Shown piece by piece: positions 15,101-28,400 of a DNA stretch of 64,000 nucleotides. Each line of letters starts with the position of its first letter. The stretch's first letter is position 1. The position numbers were made by a program, and so were the translations under genes. The notes beneath the pieces are model-generated. The model did not search any database and was not told the origin of the DNA. It was given only the letters and a program-made list of their open reading frames with translations. The DNA is from Torpedo marmorata. Its lineage: Eukaryota. The stretch spans positions 136,834,001-136,898,000 of the forward strand of contig OZ360221.1 in NCBI GenBank assembly GCA_977017645.1, in the 5' to 3' direction.

Positions 15101-16385
15101 AAGATTGAGGACGATTTACTTAGATGGAGAAGCCTGCCCATCACATCAGTGGACAGGGTTAACTGTATCAAAATGATGGTGATGCCGAAACTGCAATACC
15201 TTTTTCAATCTTTACCTATTCCTTTGCCAAAAACCTTTTTCAAAACACTTAATGAATATGTAAGACAGTTTATTTGGAATGGCAAAGTCTCCACAGAGTC
15301 TACATGGAAAAGCTGACGTAGGATTATAAATTGGGGGGCTTGCGACTACCAGATTTTAAGAAGAATTACTTAGCAGCCCAGTCGAGGTTTCTCTTGTCCT
15401 TTTTGAGGAGGGTGAATCACCTTCATGGGTTTTAATTGGACTAACTACTATAGGGGATAAAATAGCTAAGGACTTTATTTACAAATGGAACACCAAGTTA
15501 ATATCCAAAAGAACGAACAACCCTATTTTGAAACATATGATTAAAATTTGGCAAGAAATCAATGAGTGTATTGGGGGAAAATTTGGAATATCCCCCAAAA
15601 CACCTCTGTTTCAAAATGAACTTATACCCATGATTTTAGGTAATAAAATATGGAACGTTTGGTATCAGAAGGGTGTTTGATATATTGAAGACTGCTACGA
15701 CAAGGGACAGCTTATGTCCTTTGAACAACTCAAAGATAAATAAGATTTGTCTAATAGAACCTTTCACTGTTTTCTCCAATTAAGATCCTTCTTGCGAGAA
15801 AGGTGGGGTCCTGCAATGACCCCACCTATAAGCAACGAGGTAGAACAGTTACTTCGACTGGGAAATGCACTCAAAATTATATCCAGAAATATATTTTGTG
15901 CTCCAAAGTGAAAGCCCTAAGCCGGGTATACATAGATCGAGGAGAGGTGGGAGTCGGACTTAGGTACGACAATTCAGGAACGTTGCTGGTCAGATTGGTG
16001 TAGGAATAGTATGACGATGGTTATTAATGCTAGATATAGATTGGTCCAATATAATTTCTTGCACCAACTATATCTCACACCACAAAAGTTACACAAATCA
16101 AAATCTGAAATATCGGAAATGTGTTTCAGATGTGGTGGGGAAATTGGAACTTTCCTGCACTCCACTTGGTCCTGTGCAAAGGTACGACCCTTTTGGTATG
16201 ATATATCTAATACACTAACCAGAATTACGGGGGTAGCCTTTCCACTGGTCACTCAGTCTCTCCCACCTCCTTCGTGATTACTTCTTTGCATCAGTTTAAG
16301 AGTCTTCGAGTCAACACTAGATTTCTAAGACTGACTTTGGAATGACGTTCCAGAATTGTGCCTAAGCTGTAATGGTTTGGGTATT

Positions 16386-16423
<38 letters not shown>

Positions 16424-19400
16424 GTATATTCGCGCATAGTTGGGGATTAAGTTTAGTTAAGTTACTTAAGGTGTTATAGTATTAGTAGTTAGTAATAAAA
16501 ATAGTGTTTTAAAAATAACACTGTCTTGGCGAATTTCTATTGCTGCTGGTCTGAGACGTAACAACAGTAATATTTAACTACACTTACAAATGATTTTCTT
16601 TCTTTTACTTGATATCATCAGCTATTGCATTTATCTAAAATTGGCTTGTACCTTATCTAATGCAGCTTGAACCACAGCTTCACTCTCAGTATCCAAGGCT
16701 GAAGTGGCTTCATCTAACAACAGGATTATAGGATTGCGCACCAGAGCCCGAGCAATTGCAATTCTTTGTTTCTGTCCTCCACTTAGTTGTGAACCTCTTT
16801 GCCCAACAAGGGTATTGAATCTCTGCAAAAAATCACAAAATAAAAAATAAAAAAATGATCGGTTCTTCACTGTGCAAAATACTTTGCTTCACACAGCTCG
16901 TTACTGTTGGGCCAAAATGTCATCTAGTCACCTTGGAAAGAAGAGAACAAGAAAAAAGTGCAAGCTGCAAGGCTGCTTGGATTGAGATTCAGCCCAGAAA
17001 TATTTTTCATTAAATTTCTCAGTTCACTGATATCATCAAAAAGACATGCTCAGCAGAAATTGAGTATTTCCTAGCAGGAAGATCAATTAGGCAGTGGCCC
17101 TGTTCATTAAGGTCAAGGCAACTTCTTTAAACATTCAGGGATATGCAAAATCAAAGAATTAAAATAAATATTCTAAATAACACTGTAACTTGGTATATAT
17201 TTTTATGAATCACAATTCTCAAATGTTCTATCATAATTCATCCTGCAGACACAAAATTAAGGAATTTTACCATCTCCTACGCCCCCCCTTAATTATTTTT
17301 TATGGGTATAACAGTCACTTTTCCTTATCCATCTGAGCACATGATTGAAATTCATCATTAGATACATATATTCATTTTCCAAGCACAAGATAATCATTCT
17401 GCCACCTGACAGTGGTGGAGCAGAACTTTCCATTCATTAGTGGCTTCTCTGCCTGATATTGTTGGAATTCTTGGAGGCAAAAATAACCACATCACTGCTG
17501 AATAGTTGGCCCAAAGCTGCTCCTGTTCCCAATGGAGGGGAAAGACTCAAAACTTTTACTGGAATTAACCTTCACCACTTAAAGTCATGCTTTATGGTAA
17601 TTCTCATTAAGCTGGTGGAAGACATATTGTATGGCTTTCTGGAACACCTCAGCTACAGTGGTGTAATATTTATGCCAGGTATCTTCTGAGGACTTAACAA
17701 GTGTGAATGCTAGCTGCTTCTCTTTACTGTTAAAATCACATGATAGCACCACAAAATCAATCACTGCTACACCACATATGACATAAACAGGAATGCCAAT
17801 TGAAAACTTACCAAATTATTTTATACAAAGGTGGGCTGGTGACAAAAACGAAGACTGATAGTCTCATATTCATTTGGTGCCAGCAATCAAAAATAACTTT
17901 CTCCACATTTTATACTATTCTTCACATATAAAAACACACAAGGAAACATAAACATGTTTCGATGAGGAACATATTTCTTTAAAGGTTTAATCATTTTCCT
18001 TACCTCAGGAAGTTTCATAATAAAATCATAAGCATTTGCTTCTTTTGCAGCCCTCTCGATTTCTGCATCTGAAACATCTTCTTGTCCAAATTGTATGTTC
18101 TCAGCAATTGTTGTAGCAAAAAGTACAGGCTCTTGGCTGACCACACCAATGAATTTTCGCAGATGTTTGATATTTAGTAACCGAATATCATGACCATCAA
18201 CTGTAATCTGGCAACAAAGAAGAAACATACAAAATAATAAATTTGATTTATTGAATTACAAGACTAGATACAGCATTGTAAGTTAATGGATGAGATTAGT
18301 ATATTTGGCTTATTTTTCCTCTTGGTTTGTGATTGTGGTGATGGCTTTTATCATAATCTTTCGGCTCTTCTGGGGAAGATGAATTAGAAGGCATACTTTG
18401 TTAAATTGAGATGAATCTCAACTTTGCATCATTGTATAAGACAGGTTATAGAAAATTGTGATCACAGTTTATATCTCTCTCACACTTTTATTTTGACTGA
18501 ATACAAATCATATTTTAAATTACAGAACAACCTCAAAATAATGTGCAGTTTTGGATATCCCAAGGGAATTATCATTTGGCCAATGACAAAGATTGAAGAA
18601 TATTAGTTTCGCTTATATTGCAGTTAGCTTATAAAATGGGGTTAGAATTATTCCCCAAAACCTGGGTTGAATTGAGGTTTCACTGTGTTTAAAATGTTTC
18701 TGAATCTATAGAACTGTTCTTTATCAGGAATCTTTAATGTTATGTGAACAGGTAAGGTTTCCAGTCCTCCAGAGTGTTCTGCAATCTCCAGATATAAAAG
18801 CTCATCATTTGGACTCAGCTCCAGGCAAGCCAGGACAAAAATTTTTAAAAAATCAATCCTAAAAAAAATCTGGGCTCTACTGTAGGTTAAGCACTAACTG
18901 GCCATTCCTAACTGACATTGAAGGTTATGGTGATCTGTTGCAGTCCTTCTGGCAAAGGTACTCAACTGTGCTGTTGGAAACTGAGTTGTGGAAAGAGGTG
19001 GGATTTAAAGCCAGGTTGATAAAGCATCAGTGATATATTTCTAAGTTGGGATGATGTAGATGGTACGTACTGTGAGGTATGGCAAATGGAATGAATGTTC
19101 AGGTGAATACCAATCAAGCTTTGTCCTGGATTGTGTCGAGCTTGAGTTGCTGTAGCTGAACTCACCCAGATAAGTGGAGAATACTCAAAGGAGTCAATTA
19201 GATTCCTGGCAGGAGGCTTAATGATGTTGAATGATGAGTTACCTGCTCTGATCTGCTCCTGCGGCAACAGTATTCATGTGTCTGGTCCAGATGATTTTCT
19301 GATCAGTGGTGACCTTAGGACGTTGATGAGGGGCTCAACAATGGTAACACCACTGAATGTCAAGTGTTAAGCCATTTATTTTAATTCTTCAGAATCAGAA

Positions 19401-22400
19401 TCAGAATTTATTGTCATGAACAAGTAATGAAATTCGGTGTTAACATAATGAAAGAATTTCAGATATTTGTTGCATTTTTAACTAGTGCATCAGAGGATCA
19501 GGTAGATGAGATGAAGGGATTTGGGTGATAAATGGGTGAGGGGTGAGGGTATCAGGTGGTTCATGTGATCAACAGGAGACAGGGTCGGCGCCAGTACAAG
19601 TCTTAGCAGGGGGCATTAGGGTAACCGCGGGGGGGACACAATCTGACCTTCGAAAACTCACTCAGCAGGGGGGGGGGGGTGCTGCCCTGCGCATGCCTGT
19701 GAGCTTCCCACACAAAATACACAGCACACAATAATCACACATATACAAAAAATATATAAAGTAAAAATACAGAGCTACCAGCTACCTACCTGCTTACCAT
19801 GAATCTCATCCGTGCGCCTCCCTGACAGGTGGCCGGTAGGAAGGCAGCGCAGGGGAACAGTTTCCATCAGCGCGGAGACCGAGGCCCGTTCGACAGGCCC
19901 TCGGCACCGCAGGGTGGATGCGATGCCGCGGGCCACTGCGCGGACCCTTCCCGCCCCGTGCTCCTCACTCATTACCCCCAAGGATTTCTCCTGTTTTGAT
20001 CGTCAACTTGCCATGATGCATTGCGGGCGACAGGCATGCACGTTTCCCTGACACTGGCACTGGCAGAGTGGTTCCAGCTGCGTGTGGGATTATGGGTAAC
20101 GAAGACGGCCAATGATCCCGCTGTGATGCTAGACGCTAGGGTAGGCTGCGGGTCACAATTCCTCATTTGGGGGGCAATGGCAGCGAGCAGGTGGGGGGGG
20201 TCACAATACCTCGTTTGGGGGGGGGGCAATACCCACGAATGCACCCCCCCCCCTTGGCGCCGACCCTGACAGGAGATGGGGTTTACTTGAGTATTGTGAG
20301 CCTGGCAGGCAATGGTAGTCTCTACAGTCGGGAGACAGTCTGTAGAGGTGACAAGTAAATACATTAAAGGCACTCTTTCTGAGATGATTTCCAAGTGCTA
20401 GGTGAGGACCTGCTCAGCGAGACATTACTTTCAATAGGGCAGTTGCAAGGCTGGTGTTGGGCTGCAAGTAACTAATGAAAGATGCACTTTGGATCAATAT
20501 GACCCAAGTTCTCAGGTTAATGCAGTGAACATGTTACTTTAGGACTGATGTCAGTACATGCTTGCATAATGCAGGAAATAGCTCATCTGTGCCTCCGGGG
20601 TATTTCACAACAGGATGCACTTGATCCAACATATATAGTGGTGTGACTCGACCTGTTAAACTACATAATTGTTGCTTACGTTAAGAAAAATTGATTTCAA
20701 AAACACAGCACAAAGAAAGGCACCACGACCTAACACAATCTCTATGCAAATTGTCACAATTACAACTGAGATGTAACAAATTAGGGTAATTTCAAATAAT
20801 TTAACATGATAGATTATTTAATTCTTTTTCAGGTTCAATTTGAAGTAAGCTTTTCACAGTTAGAGAACACAGCCACTGCCGAAATCCTCACCGTTCCTTG
20901 TTGTGGATCATAAAATCTCTGTAGCAGCTGAATGGTGGTGCTTTTTCCACAGCCACTGCTTCCCACCAAGGCCAATGTCTGTCCACTGTTAATCTTCAAA
21001 TTTAGACCTTGTAAAATCTACAGAAAGAATTACAGCATAGGCATTCTGAAGATGATTTGTCAAGGTTTTTAAATTGATAGTAGCTGTAAAGCTGGTGTTG
21101 GAATCACAATGTTACTGATTGAGCTTGCAACTGAAGTTGCTTCAACATCCTTAATTTTAATTAAAGGCTGGGATAAACACCAATGCACAGGATGGGGCAC
21201 TGTAGTCCAGTTTGTATGGTAATGCCTCAGTACATACTTTCACTCTGCTTTCAACATAATGCCTGTTTGATAGAGTTTTCAAATTATTTATTACATTTTC
21301 GAGAACTGATGCTGTATTCCCAAGCAGTAGAACTGGCATATTTCAACAAAAATTATCCTCAATAAAACAAGTGTGAGGCAGGTTTGCAAGTGCTGCATAG
21401 GTGGGTTTAAATTAGATTGGTGGCTGGTGGGATCCTATGCTGGATAGAGGCAGGTGAGAGGTTAGAACTTGATATGGAGGGTGATGAGAGAAAGTTTAGT
21501 GGACTGGAGAAAGGCATAGAGCGAGGAAGGATGGTTGGTTTAAATAGCACCTATTTTAATGCTAAAAGCTTGTCAGGTAAGGTGGATGAACTTAGGGCAT
21601 GGGAAGTGGTAGTCATTAATGAAACCTGGTTAAGGGAGGGGAATGACTGGCAGCTCAACATTACAGGGTACAGGTGCTTCAGGAAGGACAGAGGTGGTGG
21701 TAAAAGAGGATGGGGTGTTGCGTTATTGTTTAAGGATGATGTCACACCAATGATCAAAGGTGACATCTCAGATGGGTCAGCTAATGAGCGATATGGGTGG
21801 AGCTGAGGAATAAGAAAGGCATGATAACATTCTTAGGAGTGTACTATAGGCACCCCAATACAGGAATTAGAGGAGCAAATATGCCAGGAGATTGCTGCTA
21901 ACTGTTGGTCAAATAAGGTTTTCATGGTAGGGAATTTTCACTTTCCAAATATTGACTGGGAAAGTCATCATGCGAAAGGTTTTGATGGTGTGGAATTTGT
22001 CAAATATGTTTAGGAATAATTCCATGTTAATTTATCTATACTTACTCTTGCCAACTTTCCTTTCCATAAAAATTTCCTAATAATAAATTTTAAATCTTTA
22101 AAAAATTTATTTGGAATACCATAAGGAATCGATTGAAAAAGATATTGAATTCTTGGAAAAACATTCATTTTAATACAATTTACTCTTCCCATCAAAGTTA
22201 TAGGCAAATCTTTCCAAAGCTCTAAATCTTTTTTTATTTTCATAAATAGAGGAATATAATTTAATTTATACAAATTCTCTAATTTTGTATCAATTTTAAC
22301 TCCCAAATATTTAATACTCTCTATAGTCCATTTAAAGTCCGTAACTTCTTTACATCTAGTATAATCCCCTTGAGATAAAGCCAAAATCTCACTTTTATCT

Positions 22401-25400
22401 GAATTAATTTTATATCCTGATATCTCACCATATTCTGTCAATATAGTGGCCAATTGTTGAAGTGATGTAGCATATTTCGTCATATATATTAATACATCAT
22501 CTGCAAATAGACTAATCTTATGTTCTTCCCTACCCACTTTTATTCCCATTATATTTATATCTTCTCTAATCATTTCTGCTAAAGGTTCTATTGCCAAGAC
22601 AAACAAAGCAGGTGACAAAGGACATCCCTGTCGTGTTGATCTTGATAACAAAAATTTTTGCGATATTTGTCCATTTGTAACTACATTAGCTGTAGGTTCC
22701 TTATATATAGTTTTAATCCAATTTATAAAATTATCTCCAAATCCAAATTTTTCCAAAACTTTAAATAAAAAATTCCACTCTACTCTATCAAATGCCTTCT
22801 CTGCATCTAATGTTACCACCAATGGTAAATCTTGTTTCTTCTTATATATATTAATCAAACTTATCAATCTAGCTATATTATCTTTCGAATATCTATTTTT
22901 AATAAATCCAGCTTGATCTGAATGTATTAAATTTGGTAAATACTTAGCTAATCTATTTGCTAAAATTTTTGCCATTATTTTATAATCAACATTTAGTAAT
23001 GAAATAGGCCTATAAGACTCAGTTTTCAACACATCTCTATCTTTCTTTGGTATAACCGTAATTATAGCATTTAAAAATGTCTTCGGTAATAAATGAGTTT
23101 CAGTAACTTGATTCAATACCTCCATATATAAAGGTATCAGTAAATCTTTAAATTCTTTATAAAATTCTACTGGAAACCCGTCATCCCCCGGAGATTTGCC
23201 ACTTTTCAACGTCGATATTGCATCAGTAACTTCTCTCATCGTAAAAGGTAAATCCAAAGAATATTTACTTTGAACATTCAGTTTAGGTAAAGTAATTCTA
23301 GATAAAAATCTATTAATCTTCATATCATCATGATCAATCTCAGATCTATATAAATTCTGATAATATTCTTTAAAAGACTCATTTATTTCTTGTGGCTTAT
23401 AAGTTATTTCTCCAGTATTTCTCTTCCTTATAGCATTAATAGTTTTAGAAACTTGTTCTTTTTTTAATTGCCATGACAAAACTTTATGGGCCTTTTCCCC
23501 TAATTCATAATATCTTTGTTTTGTTCTCGTTATCAACTTTTCAGTCTTACGTGTTTGCAATAAATTATAATGTAATTTCCTCCTTACTAAACAATTCCTC
23601 TTAAGAATAGACTTATTTCTCTGTAAATCCTTTTCCATAAACTCAATTTCCTTCTCTAGTTTTTCCTCTTCTTTCAAATAATCTGTTTTTATCTTTACTG
23701 AATAACTTATTATTAAACCTCTTAAATAAGCTTTCAAAGCTTCCCATACCATGAATTTATCATTAACCAAATTATTATTTATTCTTAAAAATTCCTGAAT
23801 TTCTCATCTCATATATTCACAAAAATCCTTTCTTTTCAATAAGAAGGAATCAAATCTCCAATTATATACAGTTTTTTCCTTCTCTGGAATTATACATGTC
23901 ATTAATAAAGGTGAATGATCTGAAATTATTCTTGCTTTATAAGATATCTGTGTTATTCTATCCTGAATTTGCGAAGATAATAAAAACAAGTCTATCCTAG
24001 AAAAAGAATTATGTCTAAATGAATAAAATGAATAGTCTTTCTCTCTAGGTTTCAACTTTCTCCAAATATCCACCAAATTCAAATCCTCCATCAAATTAAT
24101 TATCTTTTTGACTATTTTTGGTCTAGCAGATGTTTTCGAAGTTTTATCCATAATTGGATTTAAATAACAATTAAAATCTCCACCAATTAAAATATTCTCT
24201 TTAGCATCTGATAAATGTAAAAAGGCATCTTGAATAAATTGTTCATCATCAGGATTTGACACATATAAATTCATAAGAGTCCAAAATTCTGAATAAATTT
24301 GACAATATATCAAAACATATCTTCCTGCCGTGTCAATCACTGTCGATTGTATCTTTAAAGGTAACTTTTTATTTACTAAAATAGCTACTCCTCTAGCCTT
24401 AGAATTAAATGACGACGTTATAACATGTCCTACCCAATCTCTTTTCAATTTTTGATGTTCAATATCTGTCAAAATCCGCTTTTACCATTTTCTATGGATA
24501 ATCAGTTACTTAAGTTATGGTTTTTAAAGGGAATTAAGACTTTAAAAGATTTATTACTTTCCAGAGGTTAAAAGAAATTTAATATATTAGATAATACAAT
24601 GTTAGTTTATTTTCAAGTTAAAGCTTTTTTGATTGAGAGATTAGGGAATGAATTAACAGTACCAAGACAAAATGAATTGGAATTATTAATTACTAAAGTC
24701 AATGTTAACAAATTTATATCACAAATGTATAAGTTGTTTCAAAGAAAGATGTCTAAAGTAGGAGTGCATAAGTCTAGATTGAAATGGGAATTAGATTTGA
24801 ATGTTAATATAGATGAAAATCATTGGAAAGATTTATGTAAATTAAGTATGACAAAAGTCATTAATGTGAGATATAGATTAGTACAATATAATTTTTTTCA
24901 TCAATTGTATTTGACACCTAAAAAATTGAAGAAATTTAATCCAGCGTTATCAGATATGTGTTTTAGATGTAAAACTGAAATAGGATCTTTTGTACACTGT
25001 ACATGGTCATGTCCAAAAAGTCAAGATTTTTGGTTGAAAGTTAAGAATTTTTTAGAAAGAATTTTTAGTGTTGAAGTTGCAATGGATCCTATGTTATTTT
25101 TATTTGGAGATATTAAAAAATTTAGTATTAGACATAGATTAAATATGTATCAAGTAGAATTTTTACGTATAGTATTAGCAGTTTCGAAAAAATGTATAGC
25201 TATTACTTGGAAATCGGATGTTGATTTAAATCTAGAGCGATGGCATGCAGAGTTACGGTCATGTATACCATTAGAAAAAAATACTTATAACTTACGAAAT
25301 AAATATCATTTTTTCTTGAAAATTTGGGGCCCATATATGAGGATTATGGGTTTAACATTGTAAATTCTCTGGATATCAGATCCGCCGGCGAAATAACCTC

Positions 25401-28400
25401 TAAGATATATTAGTTTTTTAAGCTTATTGACTCCTCACTCTATTTTTCTATCTTTTCTTTTCTTTTTTCTTTCATTATTTTATTTTATTTTAAATTTAGA
25501 TTAGGGGGATATAGGGGCTAGGGAGGGGTGGGTGGGAAGGGGGGGGAGAAAATGTAATCACATGTATTTTTTAAGAACGATATGCAAAATTATTTTATGT
25601 AATGTGTGATTTAAAAATTTAAATAAAATATAAAAAAAAAATATATATATATGTTTAGGAATCTATTTTGCTTCTCTTTCTCTGACTGTGAGAGGCGCTT
25701 CAGGCAATTTCTGCCGATGGCGAATCTATCTGCCTTATGGCAGACAAAAACAAATTTTGTGTAATATTGCACTGTCTTTATTACCTTACAATAAATAATT
25801 TGAATCTTGAATCCTGAAAGTTTCCTCTGGCATTATGTAGAGGGTCTTACATAGAATAGTGTTTTGATCTATCTTGGGAAATTGAGAAGGGATGAAGTGT
25901 TTTTGGATGAGCATTTGGGGACCAGCAACCATTGTTCTATTAGGTTTAAGATAGTCATAAAGAGAGACAGGGTGGAACCACAAGTTAAAATTCAGAATTG
26001 GGGAAGGCTAACTTTGAAGGTATAAGGCAAGAACCATCTTAAGTTAATTAGAACAGGTTGTTTGAAGGAACATTAGAAAAATGGGATATTAAAAAATCAG
26101 ACATACAGCACGATAACAGGCCCTTCTGGCACATGAGCCCGTGCTGCCCAAATACACCAATTAACCTATAAACCCCACACGTTTTTGGAAGGTGGGAAGA
26201 AACCAGAGCACCCAGAGGAAACCCATGCAGACACATGGAGAATGTACAAACTCCTTACAGACAGCAGCGGATTCAAACGGATGTTTTTAAAAAGTGTGTT
26301 GACAAAAGTCCAGGTCATGCACGTACCTCTTAAAGGGAAGGGTCAGACATGCAAGTATTGGATGATAAGGGAAATTCACTCTTTGGCCAAGCGCAAGAAG
26401 GAGGCATGGAGCAGGTATAAGCAGCTGGGATGAAGTGTATATCTGGATGTTTCAGGGACTGAGGAACAAGGTAAAAAAGGAAATCAGGAGGACAAAAAGG
26501 GGACAGGAAATCGGTCTTGCAGATAATATTAAGGATAATCTCAATGAAATGTTATAAGTAAGCTTTATATCTTAAGCAAAACTCTGTGCACTCCCAGTGA
26601 ATGGACTTATGGCTCCCAATACAATCCTTTATTTTCCTTATCTACTTTGGAGTTTCCAGAGGTTCCTAGGAGTCAGATGAGTTGCTGCATTTTCTCAAGA
26701 AATGTTTGAGAATATAATGAATCATCTCTTCTGTTCACTTCATAGTTTTAAAGCAAAAATAGATGAAAATGCAAATTCTGCATGGTTGATGGTTTTCTGA
26801 GACAGAGCTATAACCATGAATTATATTTAAAAAAATGATTGGGGCCACATTTACTGTTTTGTTATATTGATTAAAATAAAAAAAATCAAATCCTCATCGT
26901 TGACTGTAATTGCATTTACATGAAACTTACTGAAAATGAGAGTGGCCTTGGCTATTATCTCTCCAATTGCTCATTCCTCTGTCTAATGATTACTTAATCA
27001 GTTGTAATCCAATATATATATAAAATTATCTCCCAAGCAAATGTCTTTAGAATAGGCAGATGCTACAGAATCAGAATCAGAATTTTATTGTCATGAACAA
27101 GTCATGAAATTCAGTGTTTTGCGGCAGCATCATAGTGCAAACATACATATTATAACCATCTTACGACATTACTATATAAAAAATATATATAAATAATAGT
27201 GCACGAAAAGTAAGGCAGTGTCTTTGGTTGATTGATTATTTAGGAATCTGATGGCAGCGGGGAAGAAGCTGTCCTTGTGCTGTTGAGTGCTCGTCTTTAG
27301 GCTCCTGTACCTTTTTCCTGATGGTAGCAGAGTGAAGAGGGCATGGCCTGGATGGTAGGGGTCTTTGAGGATAGAGGCTGCTTTTTTAAGACACCGCCTC
27401 ATGTAGATGTCCTCGATGGAGTGAAGTCTAGTGCCTGTGATGCCACAGACCAAGTTAACAACTTTCTGGAGTTTATTCTTGTCCTGAGAGTTGGCACCTC
27501 CATACCAGGCAGTGATGCAACCAGCCAGAATGCTCTACATGGTACACCTGTAGAAGTTTACGAGAGTCTTCGGTGACATACCGAATCTTCTCAGACACCT
27601 CACAAAGTATAGCCTCTGGCGAGCCTTCTTTGTGATTGCATCAACGTGGAGGCTCCAGGATAGATCCTCCGAGATGTTGACACCCAGGAATTTGAAGTTC
27701 TTGACCCTCTCCACTACTGAGCCCTCGACATGACTGTGTGGCCAGGCACAATTCCAATGCCATCTACAAGTTTGCCGATGACACCACAGTTGTCAGCAGA
27801 ATCACAAACGGCAATGAGGAAGCGTACAGGAGGGAGATAGATCAGTTCATTGAATGATGTAATGGCAACAACCTTGAGCTCAACATCAGCAAAACCAAGG
27901 AGATGATTGTGGACTTCAGGAGGAAGTCAGGGGAACACGACCCAGTCCTCATCGAGGGCTCAGTAGTGGAGAGGGTCAAGAACTTCAAGTTCCCGGGTGT
28001 CAATATCTCCGAGGATCTGTCCTGGAGCATCCACGTTGATGCAATCACAAAGAAGGCTCGTCAGCGGCTATACTTTGTGAGGTGTCTGTGGAGATTCGGT
28101 ATGTCACCAAAGACTCTCGTAAACTTCTACAGGTGTACCGTGAAGAGCATTCTGGCTGGTTGCATCACTGCCTGGTATGGAGGCGCCAACTCTCAGGACA
28201 AGAGTAAACTCCAGAGGGTTGTTAACTCGGCCTGTGACATCACAGGCACCAAACTTCACTCCATCGAGGACATCTACACGAGGCGGTGTCTTAAAAAAGC
28301 AGCCTCTATCCTCAAAGACCCCTACCACCCAGGCCATGCCCACTTCACTCTGATTCCATCGGGAAAAAGGTACAGGAGCCTAAAGACGAGCACTCAATGG

